64,000 nucleotides of DNA from Geminicoccaceae bacterium (GCA_965217265.1 CBDCHP010000013.1:61709-125708); one strand, 5' to 3'; positions 1 to 8,793 are shown, counted from the stretch's first letter. Notes: a model not told the origin generated them from the sequence alone. Translations and numbers: made by a program.

Positions 1-1
1 G

Positions 2-154
2 CTGCGCTTGGACCAGATCGAGGAGGTCCGCGCCGCCGGCCTGCCGCTCCTGGTCTGGACGGTCAACGATCCGATCGAGGCCGAAGCACTGCTCGCCGCG
101 GGCGCCGCCGCCGTCATCACTGACGATCCCGCCGCGTTGCGCCGATTGGTTTGA
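2..154 (+). CDS. glycerophosphodiester phosphodiesterase family protein, C-terminal fragment (5' end outside window)
   Basis: Frame is open from the window edge to TGA 152-154. Translation LRLDQIEEVRAAGLPLLVWTVNDPIEAEALLAAGAAAVITDDPAALRRLV resembles the conserved GDPD/UgpQ C-terminus (WTVND ... ITD). Confidence 0.6.
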   Translation: MRLDQIEEVRAAGLPLLVWTVNDPIEAEALLAAGAAAVITDDPAALRRLV

Positions 155-312
155 CGCGCCCGATCAAGAAAATTCTCGCAATCGCAGAAGTATAGCTAAC
201 GGATTTTGAGCTTACATCTTAAATTTCCAGTTACACGTTTTGGCTACAATGGGTTCCCTGAGAAGATGAATCGAGGTCACAGGCTCTCTCTTTTAGAAAA
301 GAGTATGCACCT

Positions 313-939
313 ATGTTCGGTTCTATCGTGCCAATTTTTCAACCACTGGCTCCAAGACCGCCCACGGGCACGCCATCGCCGATCGGCGCGGCAGCGCCCG
401 TGACACCGGTGCGCGCCCCCGCCCCCGTCGCCCCGACGCCGTCGGCGGGCGGCACCGGCCGCGATCCTGATCGGGGCGCGGCGGGTGATCGGACGCCGTC
501 TTCGGCGCCCGCATCCCTCAAAGCAAGCCTGCGGGGCGGCTATGGCCGGCAGGATGCGGCGTGGGGGGAGTCGTTCATCGCGGCCGGCCGCGATGCGCGC
601 CGGGCGGCGCCGCTCGTCGAGACGACCACGACGGCGTCGCAGACGATCGAACGGGCGCTCGAAGCCTATGACAAGCAGACGGCCGCGCTCAAGGCGTACA
701 ATGCTGCGCTGCAAGAGACGCCGGGCGGCCGACGCGCGGGCGGGCTCGACGCGCGGGCGGGCTCGACCTCAACCGCCTGGGCGTCGACCTCATCGTCTGA
801 TCGCGCCGTCGCCGTGAAGACGACTCGAACTGAATCTTTGCTTAAGGACAAAGCGCTACGGCTTCATCACGCCGCACTCTCGCGTCGGGCGAGCCTTCGA
901 CGATGGGCCGTCCGGTGGGGAGGCGCTTCACGTCGTTGA
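313..939 (+). CDS. hypothetical Pro/Ala-rich protein; 3' end altered by a 17-bp tandem duplication (ancestral stop probably TGA 798-800)
   Basis: ATG 313 follows an AT-rich leader. Codon usage is GC3-rich up to ~750. After the duplication at 734-767 the reading frame runs through GC3-poor codons (tca tct act cga gaa tct ttg ctt) to 939. I recognise no family. Confidence 0.35.
   Translation: MFGSIVPIFQPLAPRPPTGTPSPIGAAAPVTPVRAPAPVAPTPSAGGTGRDPDRGAAGDRTPSSAPASLKASLRGGYGRQDAAWGESFIAAGRDARRAAPLVETTTTASQTIERALEAYDKQTAALKAYNAALQETPGGRRAGGLDARAGSTSTAWASTSSSDRAVAVKTTRTESLLKDKALRLHHAALSRRASLRRWAVRWGGASRR
734..767. repeat. perfect 17-bp tandem duplication (GCGCGGGCGGGCTCGAC x2)
   Basis: Read directly: 734-750 and 751-767 are identical and adjacent. 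The unit length is not a multiple of 3. Confidence 0.95.
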
Positions 940-1048
940 ACGAACCTATCCCTTCGAATGTGCGAAAGGCTCGTCGAGACCGCGGACCCGACCGTCGAGC
1001 GGCAACGCTGTCGGCAACGCTTCCTCTTGGACGACGCGCGGGCTAAAA

Positions 1049-1074
1049 GGAACGTTGTTGACCGACTATGCGTT
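1049..1074 (+). promoter_or_regulatory. EcfG-type (general stress response ECF sigma) promoter, GGAAC-N17-CGTT
   Basis: GGAAC at 1049-1053, a 17-nt spacer, CGTT at 1071-1074, 34 nt upstream of ATG 1108. This matches the alphaproteobacterial EcfG/SigT consensus GGAAC-N16/17-CGTT. Confidence 0.6.
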
Positions 1075-1107
1075 AGTCTCGTTCCCCCGCAGCCAACGGA
1101 AGAAGCC

Positions 1108-2265
1108 ATGATCGACAAGGAACAACTCCAGACGTTGGCGTCGGCGCAGGGCGCACCGATCGTCTCGATCTACCTGCCGACGCACGAGCGCGGGCGGGAC
1201 ATCCGCCAGGACCCGATCCGGCTCAAGAACGCGCTCGCCTCGGTCACGGCGAAGCTGGAGGCGGCCGGTAAGCAGCGCAGCGAGATCGAGGTCCTGCTTC
1301 AGCCTGCCGCCGAACTGGTCGACGATCACCTCTACTGGCGCTACATGGGCAAGGGGCTCGCCTTGTTCCTGGGCGATGACCTGTTCCAGGCGCATAAGCT
1401 GCCGCTGGACGTGCGCGCGATCGACGCCGTCGGGCGTCGCCCGCACTTAAAGCCGCTCTTGCCGCTCCTCGCCCGCGACGGCGTCTACTACGCCCTGGCA
1501 CTCAGCGCCGAGACGACGCGGCTCTACGAGGGCTCGCGCTTCGGCCTCGACGAGATCGACACGGAGTTGCCGCAGGGCGTGAAGGAGGTCCGTGACGGCA
1601 GCACGATCGATCGGGGCACGCACGCCGCCCCGCAAGCCCGGCCGCATGTTAGCACCTCCGTCGGTATGCCGGGCTCGCAGGGCTTCGGCCGCACGGCCGA
1701 GGAAGAGCGCAAGGTCGAGCTGGTCGAGCACCTGCGCCGGGTCAACGCGGCGGTCGGCAAGCGCCTCGCCGGCGTCCAAGCGCCCGTCATCCCCGTAGGC
1801 CTCGCCGAGATCGTAGGCCAGTTGCACAACCTGCCGCGCGAGGTTGCCTACACCGACGAGGGCGTGCAGGCCGATCCCGCCCACATGTCGCCTGACGACC
1901 TGCACGCCAAGACCTGGGCCGTGGTCAAGGAGCGTTTCGCGGCCGAGCAGGCGGCGGCACTCGACCAGTTCCGCGCCCGCCAGGGCAGCGGCAAGGGTGC
2001 GATCAGCAACGATTTAGGCGACGTCGTGTCGGCGGCGGTCTTCGGCCGGGTCGATAAGCTGTTCGTCGCCACCGGCACCAACGTCTGGGGCACCTTCGAT
2101 CAAGCGGCCAGCAAGGCGACGGTCGAGGACGAGGACACGGCCGACAACGAGGACCTGCTCGACCTCGCCGCCGTGCAGACCCTGCTCCAGGGCGGCGAGG
2201 TCCACGCCCTGCCGCCGGAGCAGATGCCGGCCGAGGGGCCGCTGGCCGCGGTTTTACGCTATTAA
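1108..2265 (+). CDS. baeRF-like protein (bacterial archaeo-eukaryotic release factor-like family), function unknown
   Basis: ATG 1108 is preceded by GGAAGAAG. N-terminus MIDKEQLQTLASAQGAPIVSIYLPTHERGRDIRQDPIRLKNAL has the (V)SIYLPTH...IRLKN signature I associate with baeRF-family proteins. The acidic C-terminal part ends ...LAAVLRY. Family assignment is from memory, not from a search. Confidence 0.5.
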   Translation: MIDKEQLQTLASAQGAPIVSIYLPTHERGRDIRQDPIRLKNALASVTAKLEAAGKQRSEIEVLLQPAAELVDDHLYWRYMGKGLALFLGDDLFQAHKLPLDVRAIDAVGRRPHLKPLLPLLARDGVYYALALSAETTRLYEGSRFGLDEIDTELPQGVKEVRDGSTIDRGTHAAPQARPHVSTSVGMPGSQGFGRTAEEERKVELVEHLRRVNAAVGKRLAGVQAPVIPVGLAEIVGQLHNLPREVAYTDEGVQADPAHMSPDDLHAKTWAVVKERFAAEQAAALDQFRARQGSGKGAISNDLGDVVSAAVFGRVDKLFVATGTNVWGTFDQAASKATVEDEDTADNEDLLDLAAVQTLLQGGEVHALPPEQMPAEGPLAAVLRY

Positions 2266-2366
2266 GGTGTTTCCACGCCGGCCCTAAACACCATAAGTTG
2301 TACGGAGCGCCCGCCGCCGGGGCGGGCCGTGCCCCATGGGCAGCACTTTGCGGCAAGGAGACGACG

Positions 2367-2942
2367 TTGGAAGAACCGCTGCAGATCACGTTCCACAACC
2401 TCGAAGCTTCGAAGACCGCCGAGGCGGCCATCCGCGAGCGCTTCGCCAAGCTCGACCGTCTCTACGACCGGCTCACCGCCTGCCGCGTCGCGGTCGAGTG
2501 CGTCGCCAAGCAGCACCAGACCGGCAACGTCTACGACGTGCGCATCGACATGCTGGTGCCGGGCCAGGAACTCGTCGTCAGCAAGGCGCCGCACAAGGCG
2601 AAGGAGCGCTACGTCAACCCGGACGTCTACGTCGCGATCAGGGAGGCGTTCGACGCCGCCGAGCGGCAGTTGCTCGCCTTCAAGGACCAACTCCGCGGCG
2701 GGAGCAAGGACCACGGCCCCCCGCTCGTCCACGGGCAGGTCGCCGAGCTTCATCCCGAAGAGGATTACGGCTACCTGCTCGGCAACACCGGCGCCCTGAT
2801 CTACTTCCACCGCAACGCCTTGATGGAAGGCGCGTTCGAGGCGCTGAAGCGCGGCGACAAGGTACACTACGTCGAGGCCAAGGGCAGCGCCGACCCGTCC
2901 GCCACCAAGGTCTGGCCCGGCGCCGACCACCGCCTCGATTAG
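2367..2942 (+). CDS. HPF/RaiA-family ribosome-associated protein fused to a C-terminal cold-shock (CSD/OB) domain
   Basis: TTG 2367 lies 6 nt after AAGGAG (2355-2360). N-terminal LQITFHNLEASKTAEAAIRERFAKLDRLYDRLTACRVAVE...VYDVRIDMLVPGQELVV is the S30EA/HPF pattern. C-terminal HGQVAELHPEEDYGYLLGNTGALIYFHRNAL...GDKVHYVEAKGSADPSATKV is CSP-like. Confidence 0.7.
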   Translation: MEEPLQITFHNLEASKTAEAAIRERFAKLDRLYDRLTACRVAVECVAKQHQTGNVYDVRIDMLVPGQELVVSKAPHKAKERYVNPDVYVAIREAFDAAERQLLAFKDQLRGGSKDHGPPLVHGQVAELHPEEDYGYLLGNTGALIYFHRNALMEGAFEALKRGDKVHYVEAKGSADPSATKVWPGADHRLD

Positions 2943-3096
2943 GCGTGGCATCGGGCGTGGCAAGGCCCCCGGTTTGAAGGGGCCGACCTACGCGCAACGG
3001 GGCTTTGGCAAGAGAATCTTAACCATCCGCGTGCGACCTTTCCGGCCGTGTCCCGACCAAGGCGGCTATTGCCGTCGCATCGAAGCGGTTCGTCGA

Positions 3097-5799
3097 ATGC
3101 CGTTGCGCCTCGCCAGTTTGTGCCTGCTCTTCCTCCTCCTCTGGCCCGCCTTGGGCCACGCCGGGGTCGTGGCGCGCGCCGACATCAAGGAGGGTCGCGC
3201 CCGGCTCGTCATCGAGTGGTCCGAGCCGGTCGAGGTGCAGCGTCGGGCGACGGCCAAGGGGTTCATGCTCACCTTCAGCCGGCCGCTGCCGGCGCTGGCC
3301 GATACGCTCGACCGGCTGCCGGGCGCGCTCGGCCGGCTGCAGATCCTGAACCCGACGGCGCTGCAACTCGTGCCAGCGCCGCACGTCACCGCCCGCGTCA
3401 ACCTGCTCGATAAGCGACGGCTCCTGATCGAGCTGTCGGCCGGGGGCGAGAAGGCTTCAAGCGACGTTGACGACGACGCGAAGGGCCCGCCGCGGCGGCT
3501 CGTGCCCGAGGTCACGGGCACCGACGACGGTCGCGCGGCCGGCAACGGCGCGGCGGGGGGCGCAAGCGATGCCGCCGCCGCGAAGGATCACCCCGACACG
3601 GTTAGGGCGCCGCGCCCTGAACGCCCGACGGTTGTGAAGCGCCTGTCGCTCGCGGCAGAAGCCACGGACGGAGGGGACGTCGACCTCGACTTTCGCGGCC
3701 TAGGCGGCACCCCGCCAGCGGCGGCGTTTGTACGCGGCGGCGAACTGCGCGTTCTATTCTTGGGCGAGGTCGCCGACATCGCGGCCGACCGTGCGGCCTT
3801 CGTTGAAGGTGCCGCCGACGTCATCCGTTCGGTACGGCAGGAGCCGCACCCACGCGCGACGATCCTGCGCTTCACCCTGGTCCGCCCGATCGAGGCGGTG
3901 ATGCGGCCGATCGAGGGCGGCTGGCGGCTGCGCCTGAGCGAGCGGCCGCTGCCGGCCAAGGCGACGCGGCTCGCGCCCTCGACCTCGGGCACGCTCAGGA
4001 TCGGCGCCGACGCGACCATTCCCTTCGTCGACCCAGTCGTCGGCGACCGGCTCGACGTCCTCTTGTTCGACGACGGGCCGATCATCCTGGAGCCCGCCGC
4101 CTACGTCGATTTCGAGGCCCTGCCCGCCTTGCAGGGCGGCGTCCTGCGCAGCAAGATCGACCGGCTCGACGTCGTCGGAACCAACGCCGGGGTGACCCTC
4201 TCCCGGCCCGGCGGCCTGCATTTGAGCGAACCGGGCGACGCCGCGTCCGGCCACACCCAATCGCCGGACGCCCGCCACGGCGCGGTCCCGCCGCCGGGGA
4301 CACCCTTGATCGGTCTCGCCGCGTTCGCGTCGCCCGACCCCGGCGCCTTCATCGCCCGACGGCAGGACTTGCTGCGCACGATCGGCGCCGACGCTTCGAA
4401 CGAGCGGCAGGGCCGCTGGGGCGACCTTGCCCGGCTGCACCTCGCGCACGGCCTCGCCGACGAGGCGAGCGGGCTGCTGGGGCCGAGCGCCGACGACGGC
4501 CTGGACGCGCTGCGCGGGGTGGCGGCAATCGTGGGTGGCAACACCGGCCTCGCCGCGACGAGGCTCGCGCCGTTCGCCGCCGTCGCCGACTCCGAACTCG
4601 ACCTCTGGCGCGGTGTGCTGGCGGCAAAAGAAGGCCGCTGGCGCGAGGCGGAGCGGCTGCTGGGCCCGGCCGAGGCGCTGTTGGGCACTTACCCGGCGAC
4701 CCTGAAGGCCGAGATCGGCCTACTGCGCGCCGAGGCCGCCCTTGAGACCGGCGCGATCGGTCGGGCGTTCACCCGCCTCCAAGCGCTGAAGGGGTCGGAC
4801 CTGACGCCCAAGGCGGGCGCCGAGCGCGCCCTGCTCGAAGCCCGCGCCCACGTCGCCGACGGCGACGCGAAGCGGGCGCAGGAATTGTGGCGCACGACGG
4901 CCGATGACGCACCCTTGGCCGAGCGGAGCGCGGCGCGGGCCGCCTTGGCCGCGAGCCTCTACGCCGCCGGCGAGATTAGCGCCGCCGACGCCGTCACCGT
5001 CTTGAACCCTGAAGCCCCCTCGTGGCGCGGGCTCGCCGAGGAAGCCGATCTCCTGCTGCGTTTGGCACGCCTGGAGCGCGACGCCAAGCACTACGGCGAC
5101 GCCCTCGACCACCTGCGCGACGCCGCCGAGCGTGCCGACGACCCGGCCCTGTCCCCGACGGCCGGGCGCGAGCTGGCATCGACACTGCGAGCGACCCTCG
5201 ACGCGACGGCCCCTCTCGCCCCGCTCGACCAGCTCTTGCTGCTGCGCCGCCACCAGGCCTATCTCCCCGACGACGCGGCGGGCGCCGACCTCGTGGCGAC
5301 CTTGGGCCGACGGTTGATCGCCGCCGGTTTCGCCGAGACCGGCAGGAGGCTGCTCGCGGGCGACACGGCCGAAGCTTCAGCCTTGAACGAAGCGAGTGGT
5401 TTTGCCCGCGTACCGGGACCGCGGGAGATCGAGCGGCTTTCGGCAGGCGAACTCCGCGACGCGGCGCGGGTCGCGTTCGCGGCCGAGGATTGGCGTGCAG
5501 TGGTCCAGGCCGCCCGCCCGCTCGTCACGGCCCTCGACCCGACGCAGACGCTCGACGCCGACGACGGCCTGCTCGTTGTGCAGCTCGCGATCGCCGAGGC
5601 GCGCGTCGGCAATGCCGCGGCCGCACGTAAGCTCACCGCCCGCTTCGCGCCGGCGCTCGACGAGCCGCGCTACCGGGCCCTCCTGAGCCTCGCCGCCGAC
5701 ACCCCCGACCTCGCCGGCGGGGTCCAGACGGCGCTGGGGGGCCTGGAGACGTGGCGGGCCAAGCAACGGCAACTCGACGCGCTCAAGGTGCTCCCCTGA
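3097..5799 (+). CDS. large secreted Ala/Leu-rich protein with helical-repeat (TPR-like) C-terminal half, function unknown
   Basis: ATG 3097 gives MPLRLASLCLLFLLLWPALGHAG, a Sec-type signal peptide. The N-terminal third has two beta-rich modules separated by a charged low-complexity linker. The C-terminal ~500 aa are Ala/Leu/Arg-rich helical repeats. GC3-rich codons run throughout. Confidence 0.6.
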   Translation: MPLRLASLCLLFLLLWPALGHAGVVARADIKEGRARLVIEWSEPVEVQRRATAKGFMLTFSRPLPALADTLDRLPGALGRLQILNPTALQLVPAPHVTARVNLLDKRRLLIELSAGGEKASSDVDDDAKGPPRRLVPEVTGTDDGRAAGNGAAGGASDAAAAKDHPDTVRAPRPERPTVVKRLSLAAEATDGGDVDLDFRGLGGTPPAAAFVRGGELRVLFLGEVADIAADRAAFVEGAADVIRSVRQEPHPRATILRFTLVRPIEAVMRPIEGGWRLRLSERPLPAKATRLAPSTSGTLRIGADATIPFVDPVVGDRLDVLLFDDGPIILEPAAYVDFEALPALQGGVLRSKIDRLDVVGTNAGVTLSRPGGLHLSEPGDAASGHTQSPDARHGAVPPPGTPLIGLAAFASPDPGAFIARRQDLLRTIGADASNERQGRWGDLARLHLAHGLADEASGLLGPSADDGLDALRGVAAIVGGNTGLAATRLAPFAAVADSELDLWRGVLAAKEGRWREAERLLGPAEALLGTYPATLKAEIGLLRAEAALETGAIGRAFTRLQALKGSDLTPKAGAERALLEARAHVADGDAKRAQELWRTTADDAPLAERSAARAALAASLYAAGEISAADAVTVLNPEAPSWRGLAEEADLLLRLARLERDAKHYGDALDHLRDAAERADDPALSPTAGRELASTLRATLDATAPLAPLDQLLLLRRHQAYLPDDAAGADLVATLGRRLIAAGFAETGRRLLAGDTAEASALNEASGFARVPGPREIERLSAGELRDAARVAFAAEDWRAVVQAARPLVTALDPTQTLDADDGLLVVQLAIAEARVGNAAAARKLTARFAPALDEPRYRALLSLAADTPDLAGGVQTALGGLETWRAKQRQLDALKVLP

Positions 5800-5832
5800 C
5801 GGAGACGGGGCCTGTGCCGAGAACCGACCGCC

Positions 5833-8793
5833 TCACGCGGCGGGCAGGCCGAAGAAGTCGCCGTCGTCGATCTGGCCCGGGCGCACGTCCAAGAGTACGA
5901 CGCGCTCGACAACCTCGCCTGCCGGCCGTCCGCCCGTCGCCGCCGCGTAGAACTCGATGACGCTGGCGTCACCGTTGCCGAACACGGCGTAGGCATCGAA
6001 ATCGAGACCGCTCACGTCGATCTTATCGCGGTCGTTCTCGAAATCGCGGACGACCTCCGCACCGCCATCGAGGCTGTTGTCGGCGAAGACGAAGACGTCG
6101 ACGCCCTTGCCGCCGGCGTAGACGTCGCTGCCTTCGCCGCCGCCCAGGACGTCCGCACCCTTGAAGCCGGCGAGGACGTCGTCGCCCCCGCCGCCGTCGA
6201 GTTTATCGTCGCCGTTGCCGCCGAGGAGAACGTCCTTGCCAGCACCACCGAAGAGGGCATCCCTGCCGTCGTTGCCGAGGATCAGGTCGTCGCCGCCGCG
6301 GCCGTCGATGGTGTTCGGCTTGTTGTTGCCGACGATGAGGTCGTTGCCGGGCGTGCCCGTGGCGTCGCGCTCGCGGGGGCCGAGCACGGTGAAACTGGGT
6401 TCGGCCGGCCCCTCCGGCGCAAGGTCGAGGCCGACCAGGACCGGGTCGTGGTCGGACGAGCGAAAGGCGTCCGGCCGGACGAGATCGAACGCCTCGTTCG
6501 ATTTCGCCTCGAACGATCGTTCGCCGGCGTCGACTACGTCGTCGTTGTAGTCGAGAACCTGCGGCTCGTCGGCGTTGATGTGCCAGTCCGCCGCCCCGGT
6601 CACTTGGTCGAGCAGTTCGGCGTTGGCGAGCGCGTAGTCGAGCGAGCCCCACTGGCCGCTGAAGCGATAGCCGTAGGTGAAGTCGCCGTCGTCGAAGGCG
6701 TCGTTGGCGAGGTCGGTGTAGCCCTGCCCTTCCAGCGCCCGGATCGGGTCCTCCAGCGCGTACGAATTGAGGTCGCCGACGATGAGGCGGTCGGCGTCCT
6801 CCGTCCCGGTCGGGTTCGTCGCCAGCCACTCGGCCAGCTTGATCGCGGCCCCTTCGCGGGTGAAGTTATTGTTGCCCTGCCCGTCGCCCTGATCGGCGTC
6901 GCGCGCGTCGCCGGAGAGCGAGCCCTTCGACTTGAAGTGGTTGACGGCGAGCGTGAACTCAGCACCGGTGTCGATCTCCTCGAACGTCGCCGCGAGCGCC
7001 GGCCGGTTGAGCTGTCGGCCGGAAGCGACGGGATCGGTGAAGGACGGGTCGTCGAGGACGGCGGCCTCGGTGCCGGGCGCCAAGCGCACCACGTCGGGCT
7101 TGTAGATCATGCCGACCGTGATCGCGTCCGTGCCGATCGTGCCAGGCCCGGCGTCGACGAAGCTGTAGGTCGGGGCACCGGTCTCGGCGTTGAGCGCGCT
7201 CACGATCGAGCGGATCGCGCTGTCGGCCCCGAAGCCATTGTTCTCAAGCTCGATCAACCCGACCACGTCGGCGTCGAGTTCGCTTAAAGCCGCGACGATC
7301 TTGTCCTCTTGCAGCGCGAACTCAGGCCCGCTGTCAGCGCCGCGGGCGTCGTTCGTGCCGTCGTCGATCGTCGTGAAGTAGTTGAGGACGTTGAAGCTCG
7401 CGACCTTCAAGCCGCCGCCGACGTCGGGCGGGCTCGTCGGACGCGGGTCGCTCTCGAAGTCGACGGTCTCGTCGAGGCGGACCCGGTAATTGCCGAAGTC
7501 GAAATCGAGGATGCCGGTGAGGCCGGCAACGCCGCCGCCGCCGCGCACGAGCGGGTTCTCGGGCACTAGGTAGTCGGGGATCCAGACGTTCTGGTCGTTG
7601 GTGCCATCGTCGATCAGGATGCGGTTGAGGTCGTTGACGTCCTGCACCGCGTCGGCGGCGTCGCCCGGCAGCGCCACCTGCGTCGGCTGGGCGAGGCGGC
7701 CGTCGTCGGTGTAGGGGTTGGCGGCGCTCAAGTGCAGGGTACCGAAGCGCTCAAGCCCGAACAGTTGCGTTACCGTCAGTTCCTGCGGCAAGGTCGCAAC
7801 CATGCCCTCGAAGGCTTCGAGCGGGTTGTCGGCCGCCCTGAAGAACGGTTGATCGAGCGGCAGCACGATCGTGGCCGGGGTGATCGCGGCGTCGGCGCCC
7901 CCGACGACCTCGATCGAGGTGACGTCGGAGAGGCCGGTCTTGTCGAAGAACTCCTCGACCGTGCCATCGACCCGCACCACGTCGCCGACCCCGACGCCGG
8001 CGGTCGAGTCGCCCAAGAAAACGAACAGGCCTTCGGACGTCGCCGGGTCGCCGTCCTCGTCGGCGGTCTGCTCCTGGACGAAGACGCCGCCGAGCGTGTC
8101 GGCCGGATCGTCGGGACTGGTGCGGAAGTCGGCCGTGACGACGGCCTCGATCGTGACGGTCCGTCCCGCGAGCGGGCTGACGCCGCCGTCGCCTTGGACC
8201 TCGCTGATCAGGACCGCACCGGCCGGGGGCGGCGGGGGCGGAACGACGCCGTTCGCGGCGCCCGGCGTCGGGGTCGCGGCCTGAAAATCGCCGGTGCCGT
8301 CGGGGACGCGCCCCAACGACGCGTTGTCGTCGTCGCCGTTTAAGTCCTCGTCGTACTGGGTCGTCTGCCCTAGGGCCGCGAGCAGGTCCGCGTCGTCGGC
8401 GTCGTTGGTGCCGCAGACGACGGCGTCGACGAGGCCTCGCGTCGTCGGTGTCCCGCCGGCGGGAAAATCGCCGTCGTAGAGCGCCACGGCGTCAGGGCCG
8501 TTTTGCAAGACGCCGTTGGCAAACGTCACCTCGACGCCCGCGACCCCAGGGTTGCCGGCGAGGAAATACCCGTTTGCGTCGAGATTCTGGCCGTCGAGGT
8601 CGATGACGCGATACGCTTGATCGCCGTTGCCGTTGAAGAGAACGAGGCTCTGATCGTCGAGCGCGGCGTTCGCCGGCCCGAACAGTTCGACGAATTCGGC
8701 GGTGTCGACGCCGGGGATCTTGGCGTCGATCTCGTTGACGACGATGCCGGTCTCGGCACGCGGATCGGTTGCCATAGTCTCAAGCGCTCCCAC
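5833..8793 (-). CDS. ExeM/NucH-family extracellular nuclease (LTD + OB-like + endonuclease/exonuclease/phosphatase domain) with C-terminal RTX calcium-binding repeats
   Basis: N-terminal IVVNEIDAKIPGVDTAEFVELFG is lamin-tail-domain-like. VLISEVQGDGGVSPLAGRTVTIEAVV...GGVFVQEQTADEDGDPATSEGLFVF is the ExeM/NucH hallmark. LKVASFNVLNYF...SDHDPVLVGLDL is an EEP nuclease domain. GNDLIVGNNKPNTIDGRGGDDLILGNDGRDALFGGAGKDVLLGGNGDDKLDGGGGDDVLAGFKGADVLGGGEGSDVYAGGKGVD are GGxGxD nonapeptides. No N-terminal signal peptide. Confidence 0.8.
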   Translation of the reverse strand: MGALETMATDPRAETGIVVNEIDAKIPGVDTAEFVELFGPANAALDDQSLVLFNGNGDQAYRVIDLDGQNLDANGYFLAGNPGVAGVEVTFANGVLQNGPDAVALYDGDFPAGGTPTTRGLVDAVVCGTNDADDADLLAALGQTTQYDEDLNGDDDNASLGRVPDGTGDFQAATPTPGAANGVVPPPPPPAGAVLISEVQGDGGVSPLAGRTVTIEAVVTADFRTSPDDPADTLGGVFVQEQTADEDGDPATSEGLFVFLGDSTAGVGVGDVVRVDGTVEEFFDKTGLSDVTSIEVVGGADAAITPATIVLPLDQPFFRAADNPLEAFEGMVATLPQELTVTQLFGLERFGTLHLSAANPYTDDGRLAQPTQVALPGDAADAVQDVNDLNRILIDDGTNDQNVWIPDYLVPENPLVRGGGGVAGLTGILDFDFGNYRVRLDETVDFESDPRPTSPPDVGGGLKVASFNVLNYFTTIDDGTNDARGADSGPEFALQEDKIVAALSELDADVVGLIELENNGFGADSAIRSIVSALNAETGAPTYSFVDAGPGTIGTDAITVGMIYKPDVVRLAPGTEAAVLDDPSFTDPVASGRQLNRPALAATFEEIDTGAEFTLAVNHFKSKGSLSGDARDADQGDGQGNNNFTREGAAIKLAEWLATNPTGTEDADRLIVGDLNSYALEDPIRALEGQGYTDLANDAFDDGDFTYGYRFSGQWGSLDYALANAELLDQVTGAADWHINADEPQVLDYNDDVVDAGERSFEAKSNEAFDLVRPDAFRSSDHDPVLVGLDLAPEGPAEPSFTVLGPRERDATGTPGNDLIVGNNKPNTIDGRGGDDLILGNDGRDALFGGAGKDVLLGGNGDDKLDGGGGDDVLAGFKGADVLGGGEGSDVYAGGKGVDVFVFADNSLDGGAEVVRDFENDRDKIDVSGLDFDAYAVFGNGDASVIEFYAAATGGRPAGEVVERVVLLDVRPGQIDDGDFFGLPAA

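Noticed and set aside
2964-2984. Hairpin GGCCCC-N9-GGGGCC after the HPF-CSD gene, considered as an intrinsic terminator.
   Set aside because: The stem is only 6 bp and there is no U-tract. That is too weak to call.
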